A stretch of 64,000 nucleotides of DNA from Felis catus (Eukaryota): the NCBI RefSeq assembly GCF_018350175.1, contig NC_058368.1, positions 117,988,001 to 118,052,000 on the forward strand, given 5' to 3'. The notes under the pieces were generated by a model. The model ran no database searches and was not told where the DNA came from. It saw only the letters and a program-made list of their open reading frames with translations. Every line of letters begins with the position of its first letter. The stretch's first letter is position 1. This document shows, piece after piece, positions 24,570 through 37,287 of the stretch. The position numbers and the translations under genes were made by a program.

Positions 24570-24760
24570 GCTTGGGCCCTGGAATCAGACACATCTGGGT
24601 TTGGTGGTTCTGCCACTTACCAGCTTGGGCAAATCACCTAGCCCTCTTCGAGCCTTAGTTTCCTCATTTGTAAAACGGAATAGTAGCCTATAACTTACAG
24701 GTTATTGGGAAAGTGAAATAAGGTCATGTGTGCCAAGAGTTTAGCCCAGTGCCTGGCAGT
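24570..24760 (+). mobile_element. MIR
   Basis: ctggaatcagacacatctgggttt...cttgggcaaatcacctagcc...tttcctcatttgtaaaacgg. Confidence 0.8.
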
Positions 24761-26116
24761 AGGAGGAAAAGGGGGCAGCTGGGTAAGGGAGAAGGGGTGA
24801 GAGGGCCCTCGGGTTCTGCATCCCTCCAACGCCAGAGCAGTTAGATGAGGTCTTGGTGAAGTTCTTTCCACCCAAGGCTTCTGGAGTCAGTCCCATGGGA
24901 GGTGCGTCTTGACCTCCTAGGAGTTTATGCTGGGCCCAGCAGAGCACGACCAGTCAAGTCTCCAATGTCTTCCTGCTGTTGCTCACCGCATCGTGGTTCA
25001 CTGGGCACGGCGGGCCTGGGGTAGGGAGGGTCCCCTCGGTTCGCTTGCTCCCCCTCCCTTTAACCTTTGCTTCTCTGGCTCAGACCCATTATTCGTCCTG
25101 TTGCTGTTGACTCTATATAATGAAAATAATTGAGCCTGTCTCCACCGATGACTGTCTAGGAACAAATCAAGCCTGGCCCAGTCATCTGCCTCTGATTGAA
25201 CACACCCCACCTGCTGCAAACGGTGCTGCTGGAGCCTGGGTTTAACCCAGGCTGCACTGCTAGGTGCACTTTGCGGCGTGGCTGATGCCCTACTGGACAG
25301 CCTCATGCTTTGCTGAAGGGTGTCTAAAGGTTCTGGGACTAAGGCGCAGAAGCTCTGAGGACACCTCTAAGCGTTATCCAAAGCCCTAATTGTGTTCTCC
25401 AGTTAAGCATCTGCTTTTCATCCACCAGCCCAACTTCCTTGCTGGCGCCTGTCCCATTGGATGTAGATTTCTCGAAAAGAGATAACTGAGGGAGCTAAAG
25501 AGTTGCCTGGGCTTGGGGTGGGGAAGCTACTGACGCTTCTCAGATTTTTCTGATTTTTATGTAAATGTTCCAAGAGCAGATCTCAGAGGAACAGCACTGC
25601 CCAGCAAGAGTGGGCAGGGTTGTTGATTAGAGGGATCTTATTTAATTGTATTAGTCTAGTCCAAAGTCGCGTTTATATCTGTATATTTTGCTAAGGTAAT
25701 ATCACAATCTTACGTGAAAACAACCCCACCACCCTGTCTTCTTATCTCTAAAAGGACCCTGCCCTTTTGCCTGAGATCCACTCTCCTCTTTACCCTTGCA
25801 CATAATGTGAACTGGCTCTCCCGGGGCCAGGACTGTGCTAAATGTTTACATATTTTCCACTTCCACCAAATGCTTGCAATAATTCAAGAAGGAACGAATT
25901 ATTATCCCCGTTACTTTAACGAAGAAAGTGAGGCTCTGAGGTCTGGTCATCATAGTTAGCAGAACAAGGATTCAAACCGAGGTTTGATTCTATCCAAAGT
26001 CTGCAAATTTAGTGATAGATATGAGTGTTTTCCACTCACTATGATACTATAAACATTTCCCCATGTTCCTTTATAGTCTTCCTAATTCTTGTTTAAAATA
26101 GGAACCTCAGGTATTG

Positions 26117-26461
26117 GGCTACGTGACATAAGCCAGTCCGAAAAAGGCAGATGTCATATGTTTTCACTCATATGTGGAATTTGAGAAACTTAGAAGACCA
26201 TAGTGGAAGGGAAGGAAAAATAAGTTACAGAGAGGGAGGCAAACCATAAGAGACTCTTAAATCCAGAGAACAAATAGAAGGTTGATGAGGGTGGAGGGAC
26301 TGGAGAAAATGGGTGATGGGCATTGAGGAAGGCACTTGTTGGGATGGGCACTGGGTGTTGTATGTAAGCGATGAATCACGGGAATCTACTCCTGAAGCCA
26401 AGACTACACTGTATGTTACCTAAAGTGACAATAAATTATTTTTTAAAATAAAATAAATAAG
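26117..26461 (+). mobile_element. Carnivore L1 3' end (5'-truncated)
   Basis: ttttcactcatatgtggaat, aaccataagagactcttaa, gggcattgagga...gcactgggtgttgtatgtaag, A tail; imperfect TSD ataggaacctcag/ataagaacttcag. Confidence 0.9.
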
Positions 26462-27106
26462 ATAAGAACTTCAGATTCCCCGAACCATCACTGTGTGACC
26501 ATCTTCTCCTTTTGGTTGTTTGCAGACAAGGGCACTGGCTAAGGGCCACTGAGCAGCGGTGGTAGCAAAGGGCCCGGTGTGGAGGGTGGAGGGCTGGGCT
26601 CTTGGAACCTGGCACACATTGCCGCTGAGAAGAGCACACGGACCTGCTACCACGTCCGCTCGCTTTGACCCTGGGCACTGGGGCAGGCAGCCCCTGCATG
26701 CTCGCTCTCTATTTCACCTGTGTGAGTTGGGGTGGGGACTGGGTCAGGGCGGCAGTCGGTCTCTGCCCGGGTGAGGGTGGTAGGGAGGGTGCAGTCCCCT
26801 TGAGGTAGACGGAAGTGGAGTTTCTATCCCCATCTTACAGAAAAGAAACCTGCGTCTCATGGATGTCAAGAGACTTGCCAAAGCACAGCTCTGACGTGGC
26901 AAGGTGAAGAACAAGGTGTTGGCATCCTGACTCCTGTGCCATTCTCCTCTGTCATCCTGACGTTTGTCTCTGCTCTTCTGGGTATCTCCTCCAGACCACT
27001 TCTCTTCCTGGTACATGGGGATGCTCCTCAAGTAAAACCGCATCTGTAAATCCACACCAGATACTGGTGGTACAGCAAGGCTAGCCCTGTGGAGAAAACA
27101 ATTTCT

Positions 27107-27153
27107 TTTTCTTTTTTTTTTTTAAGTTTATTTATTTTGAGAGAGAGAGAGGG

Positions 27154-27196
<43 letters not shown>

Positions 27197-27347
27197 AGAA
27201 GGGGCAGAGAGAGAGGAAGAGAGAATCCCAAGCAGGCTCTGCACTGTAAGCACAGAGCCCAATGCTTGGCTTGAACCCACAAACCATGAGATCATGAGCC
27301 AAAACCAAGAGTCGGATACTTAACTGGCTGAGCCACCTAGGCATCCC
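27107..27347 (-). mobile_element. CAN-SINE with (GT)n
   Basis: TSD gagaaaac(a/g)atttct. Confidence 0.95.
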
Positions 27348-28493
27348 GAGAAAACGATTTCTAAAGAAGGGCAGAGTAGCTGGCAGGGAAAACCAGGAAC
27401 CTGTTTCTGAAAAGCTTCCCAGAAACAAGGTGGAGTTTTTCATCTTGTTGGCCCAGGATCATGGCTCAGATTCCTCCTATAAATCTTTAGGATTTAATGC
27501 GGCCACTCAGCCTCTGTCCCAAGAAATGCAGTGCTGCTAGAAACACCTTTTTCAAGTCTAAGCAATGATCCTGCACAATTTTCTTTCATAAGAGAAAAAC
27601 TTGAGACCCTTAAAAGAGTGTTTGCAAACAGCATTGAGTTCTTAGAATGACAAGACAGTTTTAAGACAACAACAACAACAACAACAACAACACATTGTCT
27701 ATGTCACCTCTTCAGCTTATCAATATGAAATGAAAATGAAGATTCATTTATGTGAATAGACCATTTTTTGGTTGGGGGGGTTGTTAAAAATTCATATATC
27801 TTTGCTAATGGAATCATTTTTACATGCACAATGGGGGAAAAACACCAAACAAAAAAACAAGGCTCGTAAAACCTTTCCTGGAACAATCAGCAAAGGAGTG
27901 AGGCCCTGAAAATGCAGATTTGTGGTATTATCTTTGCATATTGGCAAAATTCTCCTAGCCCTCCAATAGTGTGTTACGGACCTAATCTGCTGTTATATTG
28001 GTTTAGCATCCTCTTTTAAATTATGCTTTTCCTAGACCATGTTTATCTGCCCTCACACTGAGCCACCTGTGTTGGCCCACTTTGCACTCACCATGGCCTT
28101 GAATCCTTACAACCCTTACCCCTTTGAAATAGCCAGGGTTCCTCACTCTATGAAAACACAATGAGAAATTAGAGTTTTGCAACATAAGGGCCCCAGAGCT
28201 GTAGTTAAGAGTGATGACCAAACTCTGAAAGGCTCCTAATGGGAATTTAGTGGGAAAAGCAGGACCTGAATCCAGCTCTGGATGACCCCTAACACATAGT
28301 GTTTTGCACTGCTCAGTTCTGCCTTAAATTAGCAAACCTGTGCTGAGCCCCTTCTGTGGAGTAAGGTGCCCTGTTAGGCACCTTGAAGGATATGCTAAGG
28401 TGAGTCAGAATGTTTATCCTCTTCAAGGCACCTGCAATCTAGCATGGGTTGGAGGCTTATCCTTTATTGTATAGAAACATTCATTAATTTGTG

Positions 28494-28543
28494 TTTTTTT
28501 AATGTTTATTTATTTGAGAGAGATAGAGAGCAAGTGGGAGAGG

Positions 28544-28591
<48 letters not shown>

Positions 28592-28722
28592 AAGAATTTC
28601 AAGCAGGTTGTGCACAGTCAGGCTGAGCCCGATGTGAGGTCCCGAACTCATGAACTGTGAGATCCTGACCTGAACTCAAACTGAGAGTGGGATGCTCAAC
28701 CGACTGAGCCCCCTAGGCGCCC
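28494..28722 (-). mobile_element. CAN-SINE with long (GA)n
   Basis: Head, GA tract and T tail present. Confidence 0.93.
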
Positions 28723-30255
28723 GAAACACATACCAACTTGTAATCCTCATTTTACAGTAAGAAACTCCATCAAAGAGGTCAGGTGACTTGCTGAAGGTCA
28801 CATAGCTATGATGTGACAAGACTTATTAAATGGGTGTTGGCCAGAGGCCCACAGTAGTCCAAGCCTCTTATGTGGGCCATCACATTCCTACCTGCTAGGC
28901 AGGTGGTAGGTCAGAGCTGCACTTAAAGGGCAGACAGAGGCCAGAGTGGCAAGTACTTAGAGGGTATGGTGCTCAGTGCTCCTGAACTGGCGAGAATTTC
29001 CAAAAGAGCCCTATCCCTTCAAGATGCCTGTAGACTCCTGGGTCCGTTGTCTTACGTGCAACAGAACTCATGGGCTCACCTGCCTGGCTCCCTGTGATGA
29101 AGAGTCCCTGCTTTGGCAAGCAGACGTAGGAGACTTCTGTCCCCAAAGATTTTCCTGTAGGACAGAAGCCACCAAGGCCTGCTGAGTTGGGCTAGGCTGT
29201 ACTTGCTTTAGGCTGTGTAAGCCAAGGAAAGCCTGGAGGAGCAGCGGAAGGAGGGCAGGCTTGGTAGATGCCCTTTGCTGTCACAGAGCAGTTAGCCCCA
29301 CCCTCCCCAGGTGTGGGTTTTCCAGGCCCCACCCCCCCGGGGGTTACTTGAACTCTCAGCTTGTCTGCTCAGCTCTGCGTGGGCATGAGGATGACTTCGA
29401 CTCCCTTTGCAGTGTTGGGAGGGGAGATGAGAAACGATTGAGTCCGTTGGTGGACTCAGGGTTGATGCTTCGCATGTTTCCTTCCTTTGAATTTCTAGCT
29501 GGTCAATAAGCCCTAGAGGACTTTTCTGCCATCTTCACATCTGCAGTGACAGCATTTCCCTGTCCCACACTCTAGGCTCCTTGATGACTGCCCCGCTATA
29601 CATGGGTTTCATTGGAGATGTGCACATTCAGAGTTAAAAGATGCTGGGGTGCCCATGTATCATACCAGGCATGGAGGCAGTGAGGCCATTCTTTTATTTG
29701 GCCTTTACAGTCACCTAGTTTGGGTGTTCCTCCTATCTTCTGCCTCATTGGCTGTGTGACCTAGGTTATGTTATTTAACCCTCCTGTGCCTCTGTTTCCA
29801 TATTTGCAAAATGGAATGAAAATAGTACTTTTTCCCAGAGATGCAGGAAGTATTCAACACAATAGTGCCTCAGAGCCCCGTGGCACTGGTACGTGCTAGG
29901 AAATGTTATCTAAAACACCAAATCCAGCTAGAAGGGACTTTAGACATCAGGGCCCACCTTTTAATTTGTTTAAATTAATTTATTAAGTAATGGACAATAA
30001 TGATAAGTAACAGCAATCGCTGATTGGGGCTCTTGCCACGTGCCAGGCACTGGGCTGTGTACTTTCATACATTAAGTTACTGATAAATGTGAAGGTGCAC
30101 CAAGTTCTTTTCCAAAGAGGCAGCCACCATCACCAATACTCTGTTCATCTTTAGCTTTGTCCTCTGTGAGCATGCAGATATTTAAATCTTTTTTTACCCC
30201 TTCAGCTTCAAATTTGAGAAATCTTGACAAATTGTCATAAAAGTGCTTATGCTGT

Positions 30256-30695
30256 GGAGCCCCTGGGTGTTTCACTTGGTTAAGCGTCCAACTTCAGCTC
30301 AGGTCATGATCTCATGGTTCCTGGGTTCGAGCCCCATGTCAGGCTCTGTGCTGACAGCTCAGAGCCTGGAGCCTGGTTTGCATTCTGTGTCTCCCTGTCT
30401 CTCTGCCTCTCTCCTGCTCACACTCTGTCTCTCTCTCTCTCTCAAAAATAAATAAACATTAAAAAATGTTTCAAAGAATGTAAGTGACTGTAGGGGTGCC
30501 TGGGTGGTTGAGTCAGTTACGTGTCTGACTCTTGGTTTCAACTCAGGTCGTGACCTGAAGGTTTGTGAGTTCGAGTCCCACATCTGGCTCCGTGTTGATA
30601 GTGTGGAGCCTGCTGGGATTCACTCCTTCCCTCTCTGTCTGCCTCTCTCTCTCTCTGTCTCTCTGAAAATAAAAAATAAACTTTAAAAAAACATA
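30256..30695 (+). mobile_element. Two tandem CAN-SINEs (30256-30470; 30492-30695)
   Basis: Two heads and tails; imperfect TSD aaagaatg(t/c)aag(t/g)gact around the second. Confidence 0.93.
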
Positions 30696-30896
30696 AAAGA
30701 ATGCAAGGGACTATTTAGAGTGGTCAAAGAAATACAGTATTGTATGTCAGCTGTGCTTGAAATTAAAAAAAGGAAAGAAAAGAAATAGAGTTCCAACAAT
30801 TTACATATTTTAAAAACCAACAAATACCTCAAACATTAGCAAATCTAAAAGAATAACATTTTTATTAATTAACAGCCTGACACACCTCTATCACAC

Positions 30897-31124
30897 TTTT
30901 TTTATTATTTTTTTTAATGTTTATTTTTGAGACAGACAGAGACAGAGAGACAGAGCATGAGTGGGACATGGGTCGGAGAAAAAGAGGGAGACACAGAATC
31001 CGAAGCAGGCTCCAGGCTCCAAGCTGTCAGCACAGAGCCCGACACAGGGCTCGAACTCACAAACCGCGAGATCATGAACTGAGCTGAAGTCGGATGCTTA
31101 ACTGACTGAGCCACGCAGGTGCCC
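30897..31124 (-). mobile_element. CAN-SINE
   Basis: TSD cacctctatca(c/t)acttttt. Confidence 0.95.
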
Positions 31125-31269
31125 CACCTCTATCATACTTTTTATTCCTACGTTTTCTAGCTTCATATTCTTTGCTCCCTTCTTCATATAATTTTCTAAA
31201 ATAATCTGTGGAGAGACTAAAAGATAATTCAGCCTTTTTTCTAGCATGGTTGATCAAAATTTGTCTTTT

Positions 31270-31585
31270 TCTTGTAGTTTTATAGTTTTATTAACACAAA
31301 CACGATGTGCACATAAGCCGTCTGTTCATTTTCTTTGCTGTGCAGCCTGGTATTGGGATTGGTCACTGTGATGGCCAGCGGGGCTGCTCGCTCCACAATG
31401 GTTCTGCGGTTCCTGGAGGAGATGCTGTGAAGCAATCTCTGTACAGTAAGATCTGTTGCACATCAGCAGCACTTCAAGCTCTTGTCAGTGCCTCTGGGTT
31501 TCCGCCAGTTGCGCTTGATTTCGACGTGTCAGTCTGACTGGTGTTGGATGAATTTCTTGGTCCTCTTTTTTTTTTAATGTTTATT

Positions 31586-31652
<67 letters not shown>

Positions 31653-31901
31653 GCTCGAGTGGGGGAGGGGCAGAGAAAGAAGGAGAGAGAATCCTAAGCA
31701 GGCTCTGCCCTGTCAGCACAGAGCTTGACTCGGGGCTCCATCTCATGAACCGTGAGATCATGACCTGAGCCAAAATCCCGAATCAGATGCTTAACTGACT
31801 GAGCCACCCAGGCACCCCTTCTTGGTCCTCTTTTTAACAATCTTGGGCTTCACCAGCAGTTTGAGGGCAGCCATGGGGCCAAGTAAGAGGTGGCTGGTGA
31901 G
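31270..31901 (-). pseudogene. RPL32: 60S ribosomal protein L32 processed pseudogene (intronless, internally deleted, SINE-interrupted)
   Basis: RC from ATG at 31874 reads MAALKLLVKPKIVKKRTK|KFIQHQSD*HVEIKRNWRKPRGTD, then [17 protein letters not shown]...TIVERAA...[24 protein letters not shown] at 31287-31292; TSD atttgtctttt at 31259-31269 and 31902-31912; premature TGA at 31529-31531 and frameshifts. Confidence 0.96.
31571..31818 (-). mobile_element. CAN-SINE inserted in the RPL32 pseudogene
   Basis: 17-bp TSD ttcttggtcctcttttt at 31554-31570 and 31819-31835. Confidence 0.97.
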
Positions 31902-34389
31902 ATTTGTCTTTTGTTATTAACAGTTGAGATGCAGGAAATGAGCGAATTCACATAGCTACATGCACCGTTTGCAGTATTAATACATGTTCGTGTCCCATAA
32001 ACAGGAATTTTGGTCAATTCTGTTTTATGTGATTGTCATCAAAAATGAAAAAGGAGACTACGGTGCACTATTACTGTGTGCATCAAGTGCATTTGTGAGA
32101 GAAGAGAACTTCCCCTTTGACCACGGGAACGGAATCCTCCCCTTACAGTTTTATAGGTCTCACGGTGAAAAGCCTTTCTCACAGGCTGGCATCTGGCTCT
32201 GTACCTTTCAAACCTCTCTCTGTCTTCCCTACCACATGTAGTAGTCTCTTCAGTGTTGGGCACCGGAGCACGTGTTCATGTGGTGTTTCCCCCGCTGATG
32301 TGGCCGGTGTCGGGAGCTGGGTGGTGGACACTTGGGTGCAGGAGTACTCGGGAGCTGTGTCTGCCCGGGAAGGTTTGCGGTAACTCGTTATACGTGGGGG
32401 TGACTGCGAACCACATCGATCTCTCCTTCCAGAAGCTCAGTATCTCACCTGTCTGACTCTTGCTTGGGCATTCCCTGAATGCCAAGGCCACTGTAACACC
32501 ACACAACAGGAGGGCGGGCATAACAGAAGGGAAACTGGGGTGGGGAGAAACAGGACTGTTTCTACTTGTGGTTGAGACTTGACTTTGGCAGAACTTAGAG
32601 AAACCCAAGACCATGTGCACATGTCTCTTTCCAGGGCCCTGGAAGGGGCTACTGTGAGCCAGGGCTCTGAAGCTTTAGCTCTGTGAGCTTCACAGTGACC
32701 TGGGTAGCTCTTGCTTGTATTTGTGGTTAGAGAGAGCCATGCAGCCCATTTAGAAGCTGTGTGACCTTGTCTCTTATAAACATGGGTCCAGCAGTAGTAA
32801 GCATGATACTGTTACTAATATTTACTTCACTGGGAATGTAAACAGGAGGGCGGGCGCCAGTCTGATTGTTTATTGCTGTGTTCACGGTGTCTAGAACACA
32901 CAACCCACACTCAACAAATACCTATTTTGTGAATTTCTTGAAATGCGGGGCGTTGGGTGTTTAGCCCCAGGCTCTCAGAGAAAAGGAAACTGAGGCACAG
33001 TGCGCTTTCCTGTGCTCTACACTGCCCCTGGTTAGACCCAAGGGAAACCCTGGGTGTGTGGACCTCCTTTCCCTCCCGCTGACCCTCTCACATGTGCTGC
33101 ATAGGAAGGGGAAGCTTAACTCACTTCCAAGTGCCTGAGATAATCATCGGAGTTATTCCCTCTGTTATGGACATGAGCCAGGGTCCCTGGGTCTCATCCC
33201 TGGAATTTGCTCTGATCCACAGAATCCACTGTTCCAGAGATTCTCCTGTCTTCTCCCCCTCCACTCCCGGCCCTAGGTCCCTGGGAATGGTGGGAAGCAA
33301 GGAGACAGTTGAAAGAACAAAGGTGAATGGTTTTGAGCCATAAAAAAGTGAGCCTGAAAAACAAGTTTGGAAGATGAATGGCTTTGGGCTTGCAGAGCTT
33401 AGCAGGGGCAACCCTGAGAATTGTTGACATTCCCGCCCAAGAACTCCCGGAGGCCCTGCATGAGCCACAGCCCATGTCTGTGCAGCTCCCCCTCTATTTG
33501 GGGAGGTCCTCAAGCAAAGCTAGAAGTCACCCTGTGCTGTGGAACGTTGGAGATGAGGCCACAGGGGCCTCCTCAGTCAGTGGTCATCTTGTCATCACGT
33601 GACGGGAGCCGTGGTCTAAAGCGCCAGCTGGTTGCAGGTGGTCACTCTGCTAGAGACGCAGAGCCCGTGCCAGAAGTGCAGTCTGGGTCCTGTAGATGGA
33701 GCATGCCTCTTTGCCACCCTCTGTCTGATGTGGATTTCCAGCCAAGCTCTGCACCGGCTCCCACCTCTGCTTTATGCTAAGCTGCCCCGATGGATGGTGT
33801 GGGCCTGTCCTGGGATGCTTCCCCTTTCTAGGGGGAGCTCAGGAAAACATGAGGACGCTTACTGCTCTTGCATCCCCCCTCCCCCCATTAACAAGACTAC
33901 CGGGATGCTGCAGGCTCTCCTTCCAGCCTGATTCCTTCCCTGCCCCCTGCCCCCACCCCCTCCCGCCCCCCCCCCCCAAGCCCTGGGATAATATTTATAT
34001 ACAAATGCTGGCTCCGGTCTCCACCCAGGAAAACACCAGCTGCTATTGAAAATCTTTTTTGCATGTGATAGAGAGCAGAGCACTGGGCCTCACGTGGGCC
34101 CCCTTGAGCTTCTCTGGAGGGTGGTAGGGAACAGCAAGTGGGTTTTATTTGTGTTTTTCAAAGTCGTCCCAGGGCTGTGTCCAGGCAACTGAAGGCCTGT
34201 CAGAGCCAAAAACGCCCCATTCCTTTTTAGAATAGACAAAGGGATTAGGTGTCCCGGGGACTTTAACAAATGCATTGTTGGTGGTTTTGATTGAGGTTTC
34301 ATTGAGGGAAGGCGAGTGCAGAGAAGAGGATGCCAGAGTTCCCGGCTGCCAGTGTTGTGAAGATGCCTGGAGACAGGCATGCATAAACT

Positions 34390-34655
34390 CTTGGCCGTGA
34401 TGTAAATTAGTGCAGCCTCTTGGAGAGAAATTTGGCAGCATCTTTCATAAAAAATGAGTGTGACCTTTGAGGCAGCAATTCCACTCCTTGGAAACTATCC
34501 TAGAGTGATGTTTGCCCCTGTATACAAAGATCTCTGCAGAAATGCAAAAAAGTAGGAAATCACCAATGTGTCTCTCAGCAGGGGATGGGCTTAGTAAATG
34601 ACAGTTCATCCAAATGATGGAACACTATATGACCATTAAGGAAGACAACAAAGTA
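34390..34655 (+). mobile_element. Old L1M ORF2-end/3' fragment
   Basis: tgtaaattagtgcagcctcttggagagaaatttggcagcatct...gcagcaattccactccttggaa. Confidence 0.75.
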
Positions 34656-34658
34656 AAT

Positions 34659-35368
34659 ACAGTAGTTCTCCCCCTCCCCCTCCCCCACCATTGAAAGGTT
34701 TGCTTTTTAGAGTTCCAGTTACCTGTGGTCAACTGAAGTTCAGAAGCTGCTGACCTTCCTGAAGAATCTGCAGAAGTAGCCTGATGCTATGTCCCGATGC
34801 CTGCGCCATTCACCTCACTTCATCTCATCCCGTGGGCATTTTATCGTCCCACATCATCACAAGAAGAAGGGAGAGTACAGTACAATAAGGTATTTTGACA
34901 GAGAGGGAGACCACACTCACCTAACTCTTATTACAGTATATTGTTATAATTGCTCTATTTTATTATTGGTTGCTGTTGTTAATCTGTTACTGTGTGAGTT
35001 CTTTTTTTGTTTGTTTGTTTGTTTTTGAGAGAGAGAGAGAGATACAGAGAGAGAGAGAGAGAGAGGGCATGAGTTGGGGAGAGGCAGAGAGAGAGAGAGG
35101 AAGAGAGAGAGAATCCCAAGCAGACTCCCTGCTCTGCACTGAGCCTGACCCAGGGTTCGATCTCACAACTGTGAGATCATGACCTGAGCTGAAATCAAGA
35201 GTTGGACACTTGACTGTCTGAGCCACTCAGGCGCCCCTGTGCCAAATTCTTAAATAAAATTTCTCACAGGTATGAATGTGTAGGAAAAAACAGTATATAT
35301 AATGGTTTCTAACGTCTATGGGGGTCTTGGGATGTATTATTGACTGTCAATAAGAGGGGTTTGGTGCA
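34659..35368. mobile_element. MER44-family (TcMar-Tigger) element split by a CAN-SINE (35001-35237, minus)
   Basis: cagtagt start after TA; cagttacctgtggtcaactg; catcatcacaagaagaagggagagtacagtacaataag; ggggtcttggga...ataagagggg end. Confidence 0.8.
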
Positions 35369-35650
35369 GTGGGAATGGCCAACAAACAGACAGTACTTAC
35401 TCCACACGGAATTCTAAGTTCTGTACTTATTTTATAACATTTATGTATTTATAATATTAACTCATTCAATCTTCACAACAATCCTTTGGTTGCTATTAGA
35501 ATAATAGACGGGGAAAGAGATGTAAAGTTATTTGCCTAAGATCCCATACCTAATGAGCTGGGCTTCAAGCTGGCTGGCCTCAAGTTCTAGAACCACCACA
35601 CAAATGCCTGTAACTCCAGATAAAGAAGGAAAGATGCCCTTGAGTAATTC

Positions 35651-35884
35651 TTTTTTTTTTTTTTTTTTTAAATTTTTCTTCGTGTTTATTTTTGAGAGAG
35701 AGAGACAGCATGAGCGGAAGAGGGCAGAGAGAGAGAGAGAGAGACGGAGACCCAGAATATGAAGCAGGCTCCAGGCTCTGAGCTGTCAGCCCAGAGCCCG
35801 ATGTGGGGCTTGATCTCACAGACCGCGAGATCATGACCTGAGCCGAAGTCGGACACTCAACCGACTGAGCCATCCAGGCGCCCC
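35651..35884 (-). mobile_element. CAN-SINE
   Basis: TSD cctttgagt(a/t)attctt. Confidence 0.95.
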
Positions 35885-36249
35885 GCCTTTGAGTTATTCT
35901 TAAGTGAAAAATTTAAGTAGCAAAGAGTGTGATTTTATTTATGTAAAAATAATTGTTTGTGTATGCGTATGTGCACACACATGCATGCACATGTGAATGT
36001 ATCACATGTATACGTAAAATTCAAGATCCGGAAGAATACATATATCCAGGCAGTAGTTCCCTTTAGGGAGGCATAGGAGATGGCGTATATAAAGAGTATT
36101 CTTTTTTTTTTTGTACTATTAACTAGATATAGCTTTATATTTTCTTGAACGAGTGCTTTTGGAATTTTAGGAACAATAAGCTTGACCACACTATCAAGGT
36201 AATGATAATAAAATAATCATTTTTTAGTTTCTTTTCTTTTTTTGTTAAA

Positions 36250-36463
36250 AAAAATTTTTTTTAATGTTTATTCATTTTTGAGAGACAGGGACAGAGTGTG
36301 AGCGGGGAAGGTTCAGACAGAGAGGGAGACACAGAATGCGAAACAGGCTCCAGGCTCTGAGCTGTCAGCACAGAGCCTGATGCATGGCTCGAACTCATGA
36401 ACCACGAGATCATGATCTGAGCCAAAGTCGGACGCTCAGCTGACTGAGCCATCCAGGCGCCCT
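36250..36463 (-). mobile_element. CAN-SINE
   Basis: Full-length antisense copy. Confidence 0.95.
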
Positions 36464-37094
36464 TGTACTTTAGTTTCTATTTCTAAATGTCCTTAGAAAG
36501 GAGAGACTTCCTATAATCATGGGCTCAGAATAACCCTTGTGATTAACTCCAAAGTAAAAGATGCAGAGGCAGCCTAATAGACAGGGCTTGTGATAAATTA
36601 GATGAAGGTAGTCCAAGTTCTTCGGATTGGCTGAAAGGCATCCTGAGATAATTCTTCTTACTCTCATTACCCTTGAAAGTCTTGCCTTCTCCTCGAAGCC
36701 TTTGCCCAGACATTGGAAGAGTCTGGTGTTTTTTTCACACACAACCCCTCCACGTGCCCTCCTCACTCCCCTGCCTCTTGCATTTAATGTGTTTGTGTGA
36801 TGCATTATTGTACCTCACATAAATACTCTAGGCATTTGAGCCCTTGTGTCATCACTTTCCCTTCAGGGTCATCCTGTCCCAATGCACTCATGATGTATTA
36901 CATTTTTAAGTACTTTGCAACTTGCAAATCTTATTCCCATTTCATTATTTCAATTAACTGAGCATGGTGCCTTGTCACTGTAATGCACTTCACCCAACAT
37001 CTTTTTTTTAGAGGTAAAGCAGGGGCTTAAGAGAGGGTCTGATGAGGAAAATGAAGGCTATCAAAATTTTGACACCCATTATTATTAAAAAAAA

Positions 37095-37287
37095 ATTTTT
37101 TTTATGTTTATTTATTGGAGGGGAGGGGAGGTACAGAGAGAGAGAGGGAGAGACAGAGAATCCCAAGCAAGCCTTGCACTGTCAGCACAGAGCCCGACAC
37201 AGGGCTCAATCTCATGAACCATGAGATCGTGACCTGAGTCAAAATCAAGAGTCGGACGCTTAACCTACTGAGCCACCCAGGCGCCCA
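37095..37287 (-). mobile_element. CAN-SINE
   Basis: Head ...gagccacccaggcgccc; imperfect TSD gac(a/c)cccatt. Confidence 0.93.

Larger units (their letters stand above)
30760..32700 (-). mobile_element. Zaphod/MER115-like hAT-Tip100 DNA transposon relic (internally deleted; interrupted by a SINE and the RPL32 retrocopy)
   Basis: RC near 32700 (ctgtgaagctcacagagctaaagcttcagagcc) resembles the Zaphod/MER115 5' end. RC of 31140-31260 gives broken K-F-*-S-T-M-L-E / R-L-N-Y-L ... YEEGSKEYEARK, like the hAT C-terminal dimerisation region. Confidence 0.75.

Noticed and set aside
31270..31901. Functional RPL32 retrogene
   Set aside because: SINE insertion, premature stop, ~40-codon deletion, frameshifts and a lost stop codon.
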